Shown one piece after another: positions 51,583-64,000 of a DNA stretch of 64,000 bases. Under the pieces are notes generated by a model. The model ran no database searches, had not been told where the DNA came from, and worked only from the letters and a program-made list of their open reading frames with translations. Every line of letters starts with the position of its first letter. The first letter of the stretch is position 1. This DNA comes from Hydrolagus colliei (Eukaryota). The translations under genes were made by a program, and so were the position numbers. The stretch spans positions 12,896,001 to 12,960,000 of the forward strand of contig CM068754.1 in NCBI GenBank assembly GCA_035084275.1, given 5' to 3'.

Positions 51583-53714
51583 AAATATTTTTGCATGGTA
51601 TCCAAGTGACTGATTCCGCTAGTTTCTCTGCCTTCCTGAACATATGCATCTGAAGGTGCATTGACGCCAATGTGAAGATTTTAACACCCAGAGGTGACAT
51701 TATCACATTGATTTGTTTACAGTCATTTACATCCTTATTTACACATTCTTACTTATTCTCAAGTAACAAAATGTATGATTACAAGCATCATGCCTTTGGC
51801 CCCAATGGCTGTTTGGCTGTAACATTTTAAAGCTGTCGTTTTTCAAACTCATGGAAATTTTTTTTTACACATTGTTGTGCCAGTTTGGAAAACTGGCTTA
51901 TTTCAACTGTGCATTTCACCTATTTTCCTCTGCAGCAACACTGATGGAGAGGGTCTACTTCAATTAAATGCCTTTGGTTAATACTATGGAATTCACATTC
52001 TTAAGGCCCATTCATAATAACAAGAGGACTTAGTGTCAGGACACTCTGGGTCTTGTTGGTATTTATGATCAGAGCTGCCCAATTGAATTTACATTTTATG
52101 GCTCTTTACAGTGGCTCCGATGAGCAATTATTTGCCTTGCATGCACAGAAGTCCTAAATGTTTGAAGTGATAATATCAGATGTCACTGACATCACCATGT
52201 TAGCATCTGTGTAACCAGAAAGCTACAAAGCTAGAGCAAGCCTGGAGCTTCTGGATAGGTTAAGGTGAACTCAGGCAAACTCACATTGGTTTAACACGGA
52301 TTAAGATAAAACCATCTTCATCTAGCCAGATTCATTCCCGAGAACGCAATTCACACATTGTACTTTTTGTGCTGAATACTTACGAGCATGATTAAGAGTG
52401 CATTCTAGCTAATGAATAAACTGGAATAAAGAGGAAAAGCATCAGTTGAGTTACTTGACTCATTCTCTCCAGGCTCCTCATATTGATTTTCTGCCACTGG
52501 CAGTGATATTTAAACAAAAGATCTTTCTCAATCTTTTGTAACAACCAATCTTTAGTGTTTCTCAAGAGGGTTATACATCTCTGGGTTTCAGGTAACATTC
52601 ATAAATCACTCAAATATTCATTGTTAACTTAGGGCATAATATGACTTGCTTGACCCACCAAAAGCTTTAAATGCAAGGTGTGTCTTTACCCAATTATATT
52701 TTGTGATATGAAACTGCTGTAAACCATGTGGTACTGCAGCACTGATCACATCACAGAGATATGAACCATTTCATATCAAATTAGCAATTCACTATCTGAA
52801 CTTCTACCTGCATATATAATTGTTTTTAACAAATGCATCTTTAGCTCTTGAATTGGGATCTTCTAGGGTCAATACTGTCGTATGAGACAAAAAGATAAAA
52901 GCGACTTCCAACTCCCATTCAAAATTTATTCCATGTGGGGAAAAATTGTTGGTCTTAAAATATTTTGCAATGTAATGAACACACTGAATATCGCTTACAA
53001 AATGCAAAATTCATCCGCATTGGTTAAAATTCCCATTAAGCAAAGTTGGCTTTTAATGAGATTTTCTTTTTGGATTCGCCCAGAGGCAAAGATGCAAGTA
53101 ACGCTAAACAAAATTTTTGAAACGCGCAAATCTTTTAACAATACCTAGTCAAGTGGTCTCAGTCTACTTTGTATATTTTGGGGAGACATTATAGAGCTAC
53201 TTCTGCTGTGACTTAAATTCTTAGCTGCAACCCATCATCGCTTAATATGAAACACTGAACACATTTGGGTTAATTTGCTGTACTACCAAACTGCAGTTAT
53301 CTCAGTGCACAACAGTAATTTTGCCGTGGCTGTATTACTTCTTCATTTTGCCAAAGTCCTGCAACTGCTTTCGTTGAATTTGTTTGGATATATAATGTCA
53401 CTAACTGACCTGGCATTTTCATTACCAATCTATCAGACAGATCTTTGCTTTCATTCCTTGGGTATAGGGACCGTTCTGAAGGTTGAGAACTTGAGGGTAC
53501 AGAGTAATCTCACTGGATTGTTGTCTGTGGATGTTTGCCACCAAAACTGTTCTGATTAACAGAAGTGAAAGATATCTTAAAATATGTGTGTGTCACATGT
53601 CCCATAAGGTCATTTCATAACCATAGGGTACATTGATTCTCTGTAACATTTTGCATAGAGCCATTGTTTCCAGGATTACTTTGAGAATAGTAAATAATCA
53701 CATCATACCTCATG

Positions 53715-53890
53715 TGGTGCTGAGCTACGCAGAACAGGAAGGTCCTAAATTCTCTCCCCTTGCTCTGTGGCAAGTTAACTAGCGGACAGCAGTGGGGGGT
53801 GCGACAATTGGCCTCAAAATATCCTCGGGCTAAGGAGGAGCAAAAATAGAGATAGGAATTCTGCTTCTGATTGCTATCCAGTGATTCACT
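53715..53890 (+). mobile_element. SINE family C 5' half
   Basis: TGAGCTACGCAGAACAGGAAGGTCC...ACAATTGGCCTCA...CTGATTGCTATCCAGTGA. Confidence 0.65.
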
Positions 53891-55511
53891 CAGGTAATGC
53901 AGAAATTAGATCAGATAACCCTGACCAGAAATATACCCTGGGAGCTTCATACTCTGCATGATGCAGTATAGTACAAGCAATACTTTACGCGCTGAAAGAG
54001 GTAAATGAGCTCTCCCTAGGTGTGGAACCGACTCAGATCAGTCAAATCTAGCAAAAAAAACAAGCAAAGCAGCAAAACAAATCAAAGCATATTTAGAGGA
54101 ACAGACAGATTTTCTAGTAGAAGCTCCAATGGCAACAGGTAGGGTGGTCCTAGCTGGACATATATCTGATTGCTTGGCAATCAATTCTTGTGAACTCAGT
54201 ACTCACACTCAGCCCTTTCTGCAGTGGCAAATGCACAGAATGGCCATTATCTGAATTACTTGAGCAGAGTGATCACACATTTGCTGTATTGCAAAGAGTT
54301 AATGAAATGAGAACAGGGGTTTTGGCAATAAAGGGTAAGTCTAGGGCAAAGCTGACAGTAGCTAGTGATGAAGGTCCACAGTGTGCTTTCTGTAATCTCT
54401 GTGTAAAATGGATGTGAAGAGCAATGGGTGGCAACCTGCACACATTCTCCAACCCATTGGTGACTATTTGCATGCAAATTACGGGTGCTTGTCTGAGACA
54501 AAAAGACAAATTAGTCAAAGGGTTAATAGCTATTCCGTTAACAACTGTTGCCAAGATGTCTGGGACATTGTTCCAAAGGATATGCCATTCCCTGAAGTTC
54601 AAAGGCAACATTGGGTATTTAATGAGATGCTGCAGTATTCATGCATGCCACTCAATTCAGCCTGAAGGCTTAAAGCAATTACTGTACATATTTAGCATAT
54701 TTAACAATATGGGTTTTGTAATGTTTAGTTTTAGTTTTATATTTTGCATATACAAATCCGGGGTGCTCAATCTCTCTACTTAGAATTTTACAACTCCATG
54801 TTCTTTGATGACTAAGACTTTCGGCCTCATTCACAAAGCCAGCTGTGTGCTGCTGGAATGATTTCAACTTTGGCATGAAATTGGGAGAGCAAACAGCATG
54901 TTGTGTTTCAGGGGCAGACCGGCACAGATATCCATCTAAAACCCAGGATTTAAATGTAACCCATAGTAATTCACACATAACACAGTGCTGCCTTGGCGTT
55001 GCTGTTAATTCTGCGTTGAAGGCACTGATAATGATTCAGCGAGCTTCCCGGCTTATAGCTCAGTGATGTCCTTTGTGGTATGATGCTTCTGGTACTGAGT
55101 GAGGCATTCAAACTTGGGAGACCTTTAGCTTGATCGCCAGGCTGTGCTGAGTCACTTAATTTTAGCCACAACTGTGGAAGGGGTGCGAAAGTTGACCTCG
55201 AGGACCTAGGTACTGTACATAGAGGTTGGTGGGGGAGGGGTGGGAGGCAGGGTGGGAATCATCACTTGCTCCCAATCCCTATCGAGTCACTGGATAGAGA
55301 GGGAAATATGTAATAAGTATTTTGAGAAAGAATCGAGAGAAAGCGACCAATCATGTTCAAACAGAAATTTAGGAAATTTAAATCCAATTACAGACTACAG
55401 AGATGTGTTTTTTCTTGAAACTGGTAGCCAAGAGCTGATATCTGTGGTGTCCACCATTACCTTGCAATAATCCTCAGAGAAACATGAATGGAGCAGGAAT
55501 AATAATAAGAA

Positions 55512-55698
55512 ATAATAATAATAATCCTTACATTTGATATAGAGCTTTTCACGCCTTCTAGACATCTCAAATCACTTCACAGAATACACTATAAAGTGAA
55601 TTAACTATATATTTGTCGGCTAAACGTGACAGCCAATTGCGCACAGCAGTGTCGCACAAATAGTCGGGGATTGAAATGACTAATTTATTATTATTATT
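55512..55698 (-). mobile_element. 5'-truncated SINE, family A
   Basis: Body and tail match the 36868-37185 copy. Confidence 0.85.
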
Positions 55699-58600
55699 GG
55701 AAGGTAGAAATACAAAATTTAAATGTACCCACGCTAAAAACATTTCCATCATATAGTCTATAACTGTAATAAGGACCACAGGAGCAAATTACGAACTATT
55801 CAGCCTACTGACAGCAAAGCCAAAAGAACCCCTGCAGGCCGCATCTTACAAAGCACAAAGCTGACCAGCGCAAACTGAATTAGAAAGCATTCCTGCCAAC
55901 ATTTACATTATAAAAAAGAGAGTGCATTCACATTTCCTGACATGTGAAGAGACTTCCATCCTAACTGTGGTTTACCCTTTCACTGTATTCGCCCATCCCT
56001 CCAGCTGCCCTTCCCCCATCCCCCTCCTCCTCTCAAAAACTGTGCCTGAAGTTTGCCCTTTATAATATAGATTGTCAGGGAAAGTGTTAATATTCAATGT
56101 AGTGTTTACATTTTCAAAAGAAAGCTTGTAAAGCTTATAATGCAATAAAATCCTATAATTTTATATTAATTCTCCTGAAGTAATCTAGCGATGTTTGCTT
56201 CTAGTAAACATTTTTTTCAGGTTGAACTGAAATTGCCTACTAATTCATAATACTTCACAGTGAAATCCTATGAAGTACTTTGGGATGTCTAAATAAACAT
56301 ATTAATATGTTATATCAGATGCAAGGGTTGTTATTAACAATAAATCTAATTAAATACTATAAAAAGGCTACCAGATTTTGATATTTATAATAATCATTGC
56401 ATTTCATACATCAGATGATCAAAATCAATCAGCTGCTTTTTATCCCCCTACTCTTTTATAATAAATGATATAACAATGATACTTCTTTTACAGCTACTTT
56501 GTTTTGAGGGTTTGTGAAGGTGATATTTGACGGCAATGATAGTCGAGTGGCACACGACTCGTTTAGTCAATGATATATTTTATGGGGAAACCTTACTCCA
56601 AGCAATGATGCCCCAGAATTGTGACACTCTATAACAATTTGGAAGACTCAACCTTCCATGGGGAAATTCAAGCAGGTCTGGGTATATTTTTCATCTCTTT
56701 CCTGACAATGAGAATTAGGAAAATTGTATACTTGTAGAAGGCAATTGAGTGAAAGTTCTGCTTCTGTTGAAAACATCAGGTTTTCAGTCATCATATTCTT
56801 TAAAGTGTTAAATATAAACCCTCAAAAAGAAATTTTCTGACGTCTATTTGATGTCCAAATACAGCCACTAAACCCTCAAAGAAAAGCACTTTGTGATGCC
56901 CACATTTGATAGATACGGCTATCAAATGTAACATTATTATATTTTTAATATTATTACATTTCATCCAATAGAATACATTGCACTATTTATTTCACAGTCT
57001 ACAGCAAAATGCAGTTTACGTATTTCACTTGAACTGTTTTTTTTAACAAAGGTGCACGAGAAATTGCAACTGTTAAAGATGTGTTCTGCAAATGGTAAAA
57101 TTACAAACAGAATAAAATATTGAGCAACCTATATTTGTGTTTTGACATTATAATCATCTCTTTATCACTTTATAAATGTTATTAATTTGCCAGTCCCTGA
57201 TATTTAGGAATCCAGCTGTTGAGCTCACACATGTACAGTTCTCTCCTGTGTTCCAGGTGCTGCTGTCAGCATTGCAGATAAATTAAGTCTTTAAATGCAG
57301 CTAACAGTATTCGGTTGACTGATGGCTAAATGTAATTTCCAGGAAAAATGATTGTTACAAGCAAAGTTTGCATATATTTTCGCTCTGTTGTTGACAGATT
57401 CATTAAACGACTTTGACTTACCAGTGATGTGCCGTGTAACTTGAGATGCTTTTCATACGGAGTGCAAAGAAAAACCCCCAACAAGATGAAGCAAATAAAT
57501 CAATTTTGGCAATTAAACAATATTTAGAATGCATATGTTTAATAACTGGCAATACTGCAAGGCTGCATCAGAACATCCTGCTTTTACCATCAAAATCTGG
57601 GACACCCAGACAGATGAGGGGGAAAAAAAATCTCTCCCAGATAACGGGCACTGTGGTTGTATTGTATTTTTGAAAGTTGAATGAGACCTGAAGTTGGCTG
57701 GAATCCAAATGCAAAATACAGGATATTCTAGCTGAATTTTCTACTCTGAAGAGCTACTGGTATAAACAAGACCTACCTCGGGGCTTGAATTAATGCTGGT
57801 ATTAATTTGCTCTCTGTAGCAGTCAGCACTTCTGCCCTGTTTTGCCTGCAGATCTGTGTTGCAGTTTCAATTTGAGCAATACAGATGGTAGTTAATTGGT
57901 GACGCAGATATGTGTTGGAGGAAAGGCAGCAAGATTTACCTTGGGAAGCAAAACTTTTATTTTGAACTGCATCTGGGGCAAAAAGCCACTCTATATTCCT
58001 GAATGTTAGAAGCTTTTCCTCTGTATGCTATGTAAACTTGTTCCCAGATGATATGGTAAATCTGGGTGGTATCATACATTTGAGTTGGAGGGTTTCCCCA
58101 TTGTTTAAACTATTATGACTTGTACAGTGGACGACACCTTAAGGTTTGCGTTTTAAGGTGGGCAATATACAGATGTTCCAATTAAAAACATTGTAACATT
58201 GCAGTTTAAGAAAAATTAGCTTTTGTTCTAAGTTACATTCTGGAAATCTTCACCAAAAATAAATGTTGTGGGCCCAAAGAGAAATCATTAACTTGGTTTT
58301 AATGCAACATTTACACTATTGCAGCCACAGGAGACCCACGACAGGTTTATCTGCATTTTTATGTGTGATGGTTTAGCTCAAACACCAATGGGGAAAATCA
58401 TCTGCTTTAATTATCCCCCCACTCCTCCCATCCCATTACTCACACACTAGTATGTATTCACTTTCATATACTGTACATACATGTGAGAAAAGAGAAAGAA
58501 GAGATACTATTTTAAAACGCTATTGGGGCTTTTATATTAAATTTTTCTGAACGTTCGGTATTAATACATCTGTTGCTGGCTTTTATTTTGATAAGTTACA

Positions 58601-59699
58601 ATACCGATTATGGAAATGTAACATTTTCTCTGAATACCTAGTGCAGTCATGCTGCATATTTATGAGTGAAATGAGGTACCCCAAACTTCAAGGTGCAGCC
58701 AGATCTGTCGTGCCTTTGGCAAATTAAAATCAATTGAAATTTATTTACCAGTGTATTAAAGAAAAGCTTGAATCTCACCCCCATTGGCCCCACACCAGAG
58801 CACCAACAGCTGCAGTGATTAAGCATCAGCTTGTAAATTAATTGAACTAATGAAATGCTCCTCTAATGTATTTTCCAAACAGAGGCCAGGGTCACCAACA
58901 CTGGGCACTCACCATCTGCACGGCTAACTCCAGCTTTGGGTAAATAATGAGATTTCAACAAGTTAAAGTGATAGCTTCCCCCTTGTAATATCGCCTGGCA
59001 CATTTTTCTCACCACAGCCTCCTGTTTTGTTGCACACTGCAGATTGCTCCTACATCCCTATTCACATCCAATCCATGAGAGCAATGTGCGCAATGGACTG
59101 TTCTATTTCTGGGTGGCATTCCACATGTAACAAAGCAGATTGGAACTCCTGACCTACTTGAGAGTTTAGCATTCAGCAGTTCAAATTACCAGGACACCCA
59201 AATTGGTAAGATTTTACTTACAGAGAAAGTGGATCGTTTTTTTTTGCATTTTTAAGGTGACACTGAATTGCTCCCATTGCCTACCGGAGAAAATGCCTTT
59301 TGATTCATAATGTAACTTTAGGCTTACCCAAAGAACACTCACTTAGGTGAGTAAACAGAGGATGGATCGTACTTAAGGAACCATCAGAGTTTTTGTACTA
59401 TCTGCAAGAGTCACAGGGTCTTCAGGTGAAAATGGAAGGAATATAGTCAAAGGGTTCTATGGTGAGCAAAGTTCAGAAAGTACATTGTTAAAGATATTGA
59501 AAATGGACTGCAGTGGAAATCAGAAACGCAATGATATACTGCAATGAGCACATTATCCCATACAACTTTATCACACAAACACACTGGTATCTTCAATAAG
59601 TTGCCGCAAAAAGGAAAATGTTCCATAAAATCATCAACTAACTTTAATGATTGTTCCAGATTTAGCCACTTTACCCATATTCCTGTATTTTAACATCAA

Positions 59700-59990
59700 C
59701 ACTATCAACAACAAGTTAGATTTGTATAGCGCATTTCATGTTTGGAGGACATCCCCAGGTGCTGTACAACATTATGCAGCTCAGACAATAACAACTTGCA
59801 TTTTATATAGTTCCCTTTGGGGTAACGTCCTAGAGCTGTTGTCAGTGTCAGTGCTGAAGTCTGACCTCGAGCCAGGGGTAGAAGGGGAGAAGAAGGTGAC
59901 AGTCAGCATGATCAAAAACAGAAGATTTTTTGACATGATTTGAAAGTGGGGAGGGAGGGGGCAACGGATTGAGGGAGAGAGTTCCAGACA
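59700..59990 (-). mobile_element. Two adjacent L2 3' fragments (a short tail plus a longer piece reaching the ORF2 end)
   Basis: Tail AACAACAAGTTAGATTTGTATAGCGC; second piece ends in GAGGGAGAGAGTTCCAGA (LWNSLP on the minus strand). Confidence 0.7.
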
Positions 59991-62900
59991 CAGGACAACA
60001 TTGTCCTTTGTCAGGAATTAAACTCGAACAATAAAAGCGTTGTGCTAAATAATATTTAAATAGTTACTGAAATTCACCAGGGCTTTAGATCATAGCAGCT
60101 CTCTGCTCTTCGTTTTGAGCATTTGTATCCAGTTTGGCAGTGAAAATACAGCCCTCTCAATATGGAGCAAAACGTGAAATGGCCATTTCCCGTACACGCA
60201 GAATGTCATTGTTATCTGGGTGAGGAGCTCTTGTTAGTTGGTTAATTGATTTTAAAATCAAATTTGTTGAGGAAACCTAGGACACATCACTGTCTGTTTG
60301 CATCAGGTTTTTTTTTATGGCTTGTAAAACCAGCTGGCAGGAGCCAAACAATGCAGCTAGTGTATCGTTAATTCTGAAAGATCAATTATTTTGGATGAAG
60401 GTTTTGTTTTTACTCTGCTCGCCCCAGCCTCCTAGAAAATCAAACCAATTTTCCTTTGGGAGCCGTCAAAGGGCTAGGTTGCCTCCCCTGTTATTTCCTC
60501 TGTAATTAGAAACTCATCTTCCCAATTGCAGCATATCTCTGGTATCACTTTGGTGTGTATAGCTGGGTATAATCAGTCTACATGCTTTTAGCACAGCAAT
60601 TGCTTTTGCAAATAGAGGTTAAATGTGAGTTAAAATATATTTTTAATTGACTGCCAACATATTTCATGTTATTATTTTTTCAATACAATCCTAAGGTGGC
60701 ATTAAATTGCAGCCAGGGATTTGATGACTTCTTTTTTGCCCCAAAGCACAAGATGATTTTTTAAAATCCGATTACAACTGTCAAGTACTTGGGCTCAAGT
60801 ATGATTTGTATATGGACCTGGCCTATATGAAATCGCTGTTTCCTCATTAACACAGACACTGTGTCAATACAGTTGTGATACCATTCTTATACAAGAATAA
60901 GAATTGTAATCGATCTGGGTTAGGATACATTTGACTGTTGAAGTGAGTTGTTTAGGACTATTTTCACATTCAGACAATCACATTCTACAACCAAATCACC
61001 TTTCCCTTTGAAAAATAGTGAATTGTATTAGAATTTGATTGTGGCACATTTTGTCATGGCAGTACATTATTTGTGCAATTCAAGTGAAGATGCCTCCATA
61101 GAAGAAATACTATCAAATCAAGCTGCTGGTTTGCCTTCCTATAAGAGCTGCTCCCAATTTACGCCATTAATTTTCTAAATGCATCAGGCAATCTGACAAT
61201 ATTGTTTTTCTTATCATTACAGCTGTATTTTATTGTTTTAAATGTTCCAGCAACTTTTGTTGGGGGCATTTGCTGTGCAAATCTATATAACTCTCCAAAA
61301 TGCTCATTCGAATATCCTAGCCTTTTACATCATCACCTTTATTTAACTTAACTTTGCTTGGGGGGCACAGTATTTTATTGCAGGTCAGATGAGATCCAAC
61401 TTTTCCAACGGTGTGACTCAAAACAAGCTTTACAAAACAAGTTGTGCTTATAACCCAATATTGTTTTATGGGTTTCAGTTTATAATTTCACAGGACTCTT
61501 ATTTCATTGCATGTAGTCTGCTAATTAGGACCACTTTCCCCACTGTCTTTCGATGTGCCAAAATGTACCACTTACCTTACAATCAACTAAGCAGTAGAAA
61601 CCCACATGCATTAGCACTGTCACTGCCACTATTGTTACTGCTGCTCCCATGGTTACTTCACACAGAATAAATACTTCTTCCTTTATTTTAAACACGTTAG
61701 AAACTACTGACAGCTACCACAATACATCCTGGACATTTGTTTCACATTAATAACACTTTTTTGAGCTAGGTCTCTATTTAGCACACAAATTATTCAATAC
61801 TAGTACAGATGTGATTAATAAGGATATTTTAGTTCAGAAACCTCATGCGGTTCAATACAGCAAATTATCAGAAACTGATGAAAATAATTAGAGAAAAAAA
61901 TCCTGTAGATTCACTTCAAGGGATAGGTTTGAATTAGATGTTAAAGTGTTTTTTTTTAAGATTATGTATAAAATCTGAGAAGAATAATCAAAGGACAGAT
62001 GTCAGTAGATTAAAAATAATAAATTTAGACTGGTATTAGCAGCTCCAAACTCTGTTTCAGGAATGTACATGAGGATATTAGTTTGTCTGAAATAAATGCA
62101 AATGAATAAACTACTGTACTTCACACTGCTTCTTTATTCATATACATCTCCCGAGGAATAATTGCTGCAACAAAATCTGTCTGGAACATTGCAAATAGGC
62201 ATCAGTCATGTTACATGAGCGTTCCTTCTCAACTGCACTAAAAATATACAAAAATAAACTAAATAAACACGGCATGGCTCAACTTGCCAAACTCTGTCAA
62301 AGAAAAAAAAACTTTGAACTCTTCTTAATTATAATAAAATTATTTGGCAGTAGAATATACCAGTTTGTACACCGATTGCCAATCTCCTGCATTGTAAATT
62401 CCCTTCTTTTGAAGCAAGGCAGTGATTGAGACACATCACTCAGTGCGTATTGTACCAGCAGTGCCCAAGAGAGGTGAAATTCCATGCAGTGCTGCCGTAC
62501 TCAAAATGTCAGCCAAGTAATGGAAATTAGGTGCTCAGTGATTTTTTGTGCTTACATTTTGTCACAAATATAGCAGATTATTGCTGGAAGAGCGTTTATA
62601 CCGGAGCTGAATCCAATTTGCTCCAATTCAGTATAATGGTGACATTAGTACCTGACAGCTCATTCATGAAGAAATGTGTCTTTTAATGTAGGGATTAATG
62701 ACATCCTTTTACCTACTGGAGCATTTAATTTATTTCCACTATTCTGAAATGACAATTAGAATATTTATTTCTGATTTAAACATATAAAACTTCAATGCGC
62801 GATGTTAAAATAATCACTGCATTTTTTAGGGGACACGAATAGTTTATAGCTGGGTGGTCAAAATTACAATATTGGATTTAGTATGATTTATGCATGTGTG

Positions 62901-63329
62901 TTAAATGCTGATAGATACAGACTTGCCCATTCTTTGCATAAAAATATTTTGACATAATTGTCAACATTGAAATACTTCACTGGTGTTTATGTGCAGTTTT
63001 GAAAATGCAGATGGGCTTCATAGAACAAGCTCCATTGTGATATGCAATTGTCACAGACATTACAAACATATTCATTATTTCTCATCATACAATGTAAGTC
63101 CTGGTTATCAGTCTCTGTTGACCATCAAAGAATGATAGGGCTATCAACTTGAATGCTAGTGTTTAATTGGCTGTGGGCGAGAGATGGAGGAACAAAATAC
63201 CCATGGGATGCGGTAAACAACCCAATGATAGAAAGGGAACTCACACCTACGTTCTTCATTGTAGGCTGTGATCTATGCCACATACAGTGGAATACGGGTG
63301 GGGGAGAAAGGGAATGAAAGAAGAGTATA

Positions 63330-63490
63330 ACTTTTAAAATGTTTGTTCTCCCCTTCTTTCCTGAAGGTGCTCACTCTTGCTGGCGTCAGATGTCAAGAAT
63401 ATTGGCTATCTTCCAATATCTCACCGAAGTAGAGAATCTTCTTGTGGTATTAGTATGTGGGTCTGTGAATATGAGCATCAGCAGGCTTTT
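63330..63490 (-). mobile_element. SINE family C 3' part
   Basis: Reverse complement ends CCAGCAAGAGTGAGCACCTTCAGGAAAGAAGGGGAGAA, similar to the end of the 268-625 copy. Confidence 0.5.
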
Positions 63491-63810
63491 GAATAATGCT
63501 TACATTTGATGTGTCACCTCTGCTGTCACGTGTCTCGAAGTATTTCACAGGTAGAGGTTGTCGAGTGCAATGACAGTACTATTTTAGGCTACGCAACCAA
63601 ACGGGGTATGACAGCCAAGCATGATCTGTCCTTATTCAATATCCCCAGGTTCACATATTCCAGTGGTTCACATGAACCACTTGTTGCAACCTGGAGTAAT
63701 TATTTCCCTTCACCTGTGACCCATTTTATGTTCTCTGAAACGCCGTTTGGCATGGAGGGCGTAATACAAATCCAAGTTGTTAGATGTATTATGACATAAT
63801 ATACGACGTA

Positions 63811-64000
63811 TGGAACATAGCTCAGTGGTTAGTGCACTCGCCTTACAAGTGAGAGACCTGGGGTTCCAGGCAGCGAGAAACCTTGGGCAAGTTTCCTCAC
63901 TCCACACGCCGAATAATAATCCCTCAAAAAAACAATAATAAATCGGTCATTTCAACCCATAACTGTTTGTGGAACAAGGCTGCGTGCAACTGGCTGCCAC
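63811..64000 (+). mobile_element. SINE family A, truncated by the window end
   Basis: TAGCTCAGTGGTTAGTGCACTCGCCTTACAAGTGAGAGACCTGGGTTC...CCTTGGGCAAGTTTCCTCACTCCACAC. Confidence 0.9.

Noticed and set aside
54190-55171. Cluster of overlapping ORFs on both strands
   Set aside because: No recognisable motifs; consistent with locally higher GC or regulatory sequence
8693-64000. tRNA genes at SINE heads
   Set aside because: Each is attached to a SINE body and tail, so they are annotated as retroposons
1-64000. Prokaryotic systems (operons, CRISPR arrays, phage or defence loci)
   Set aside because: No long ORFs and no regularly spaced repeat-spacer array; the sequence is vertebrate non-coding DNA

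Overview
AT-rich vertebrate genomic DNA that looks intergenic or deep-intronic. The repeat content points to a cartilaginous fish, most likely a chimaera such as Callorhinchus milii; this is inferred from tRNA-headed SINEs with L2-type (TAT)n tails, Deu-domain SINEs, L2 and CR1 3' fragments and a shark-type Penelope-like repeat. I recognise no known protein-coding gene, and most ORFs in the track are repeat-derived or chance ORFs. Main observations: (1) a fossil R4/Dong-type non-LTR retrotransposon (~22.98-23.46 kb) carrying a 24-nt inverted insertion copied from 600 bp downstream; (2) a promoter-like region with two RFX X-boxes (~21.5-21.7 kb), followed by + strand candidate exons that splice into a stop-free 84-101 aa unknown ORF, including a possible 3-nt microexon; (3) many ~60-bp L2 tails that stop at the terminal stem-loop; (4) nested SINE insertions; (5) repeat-poor enhancer-like blocks in the right half. 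Repeat boundaries were read by eye and are approximate. I found no convincing novel multi-gene system.
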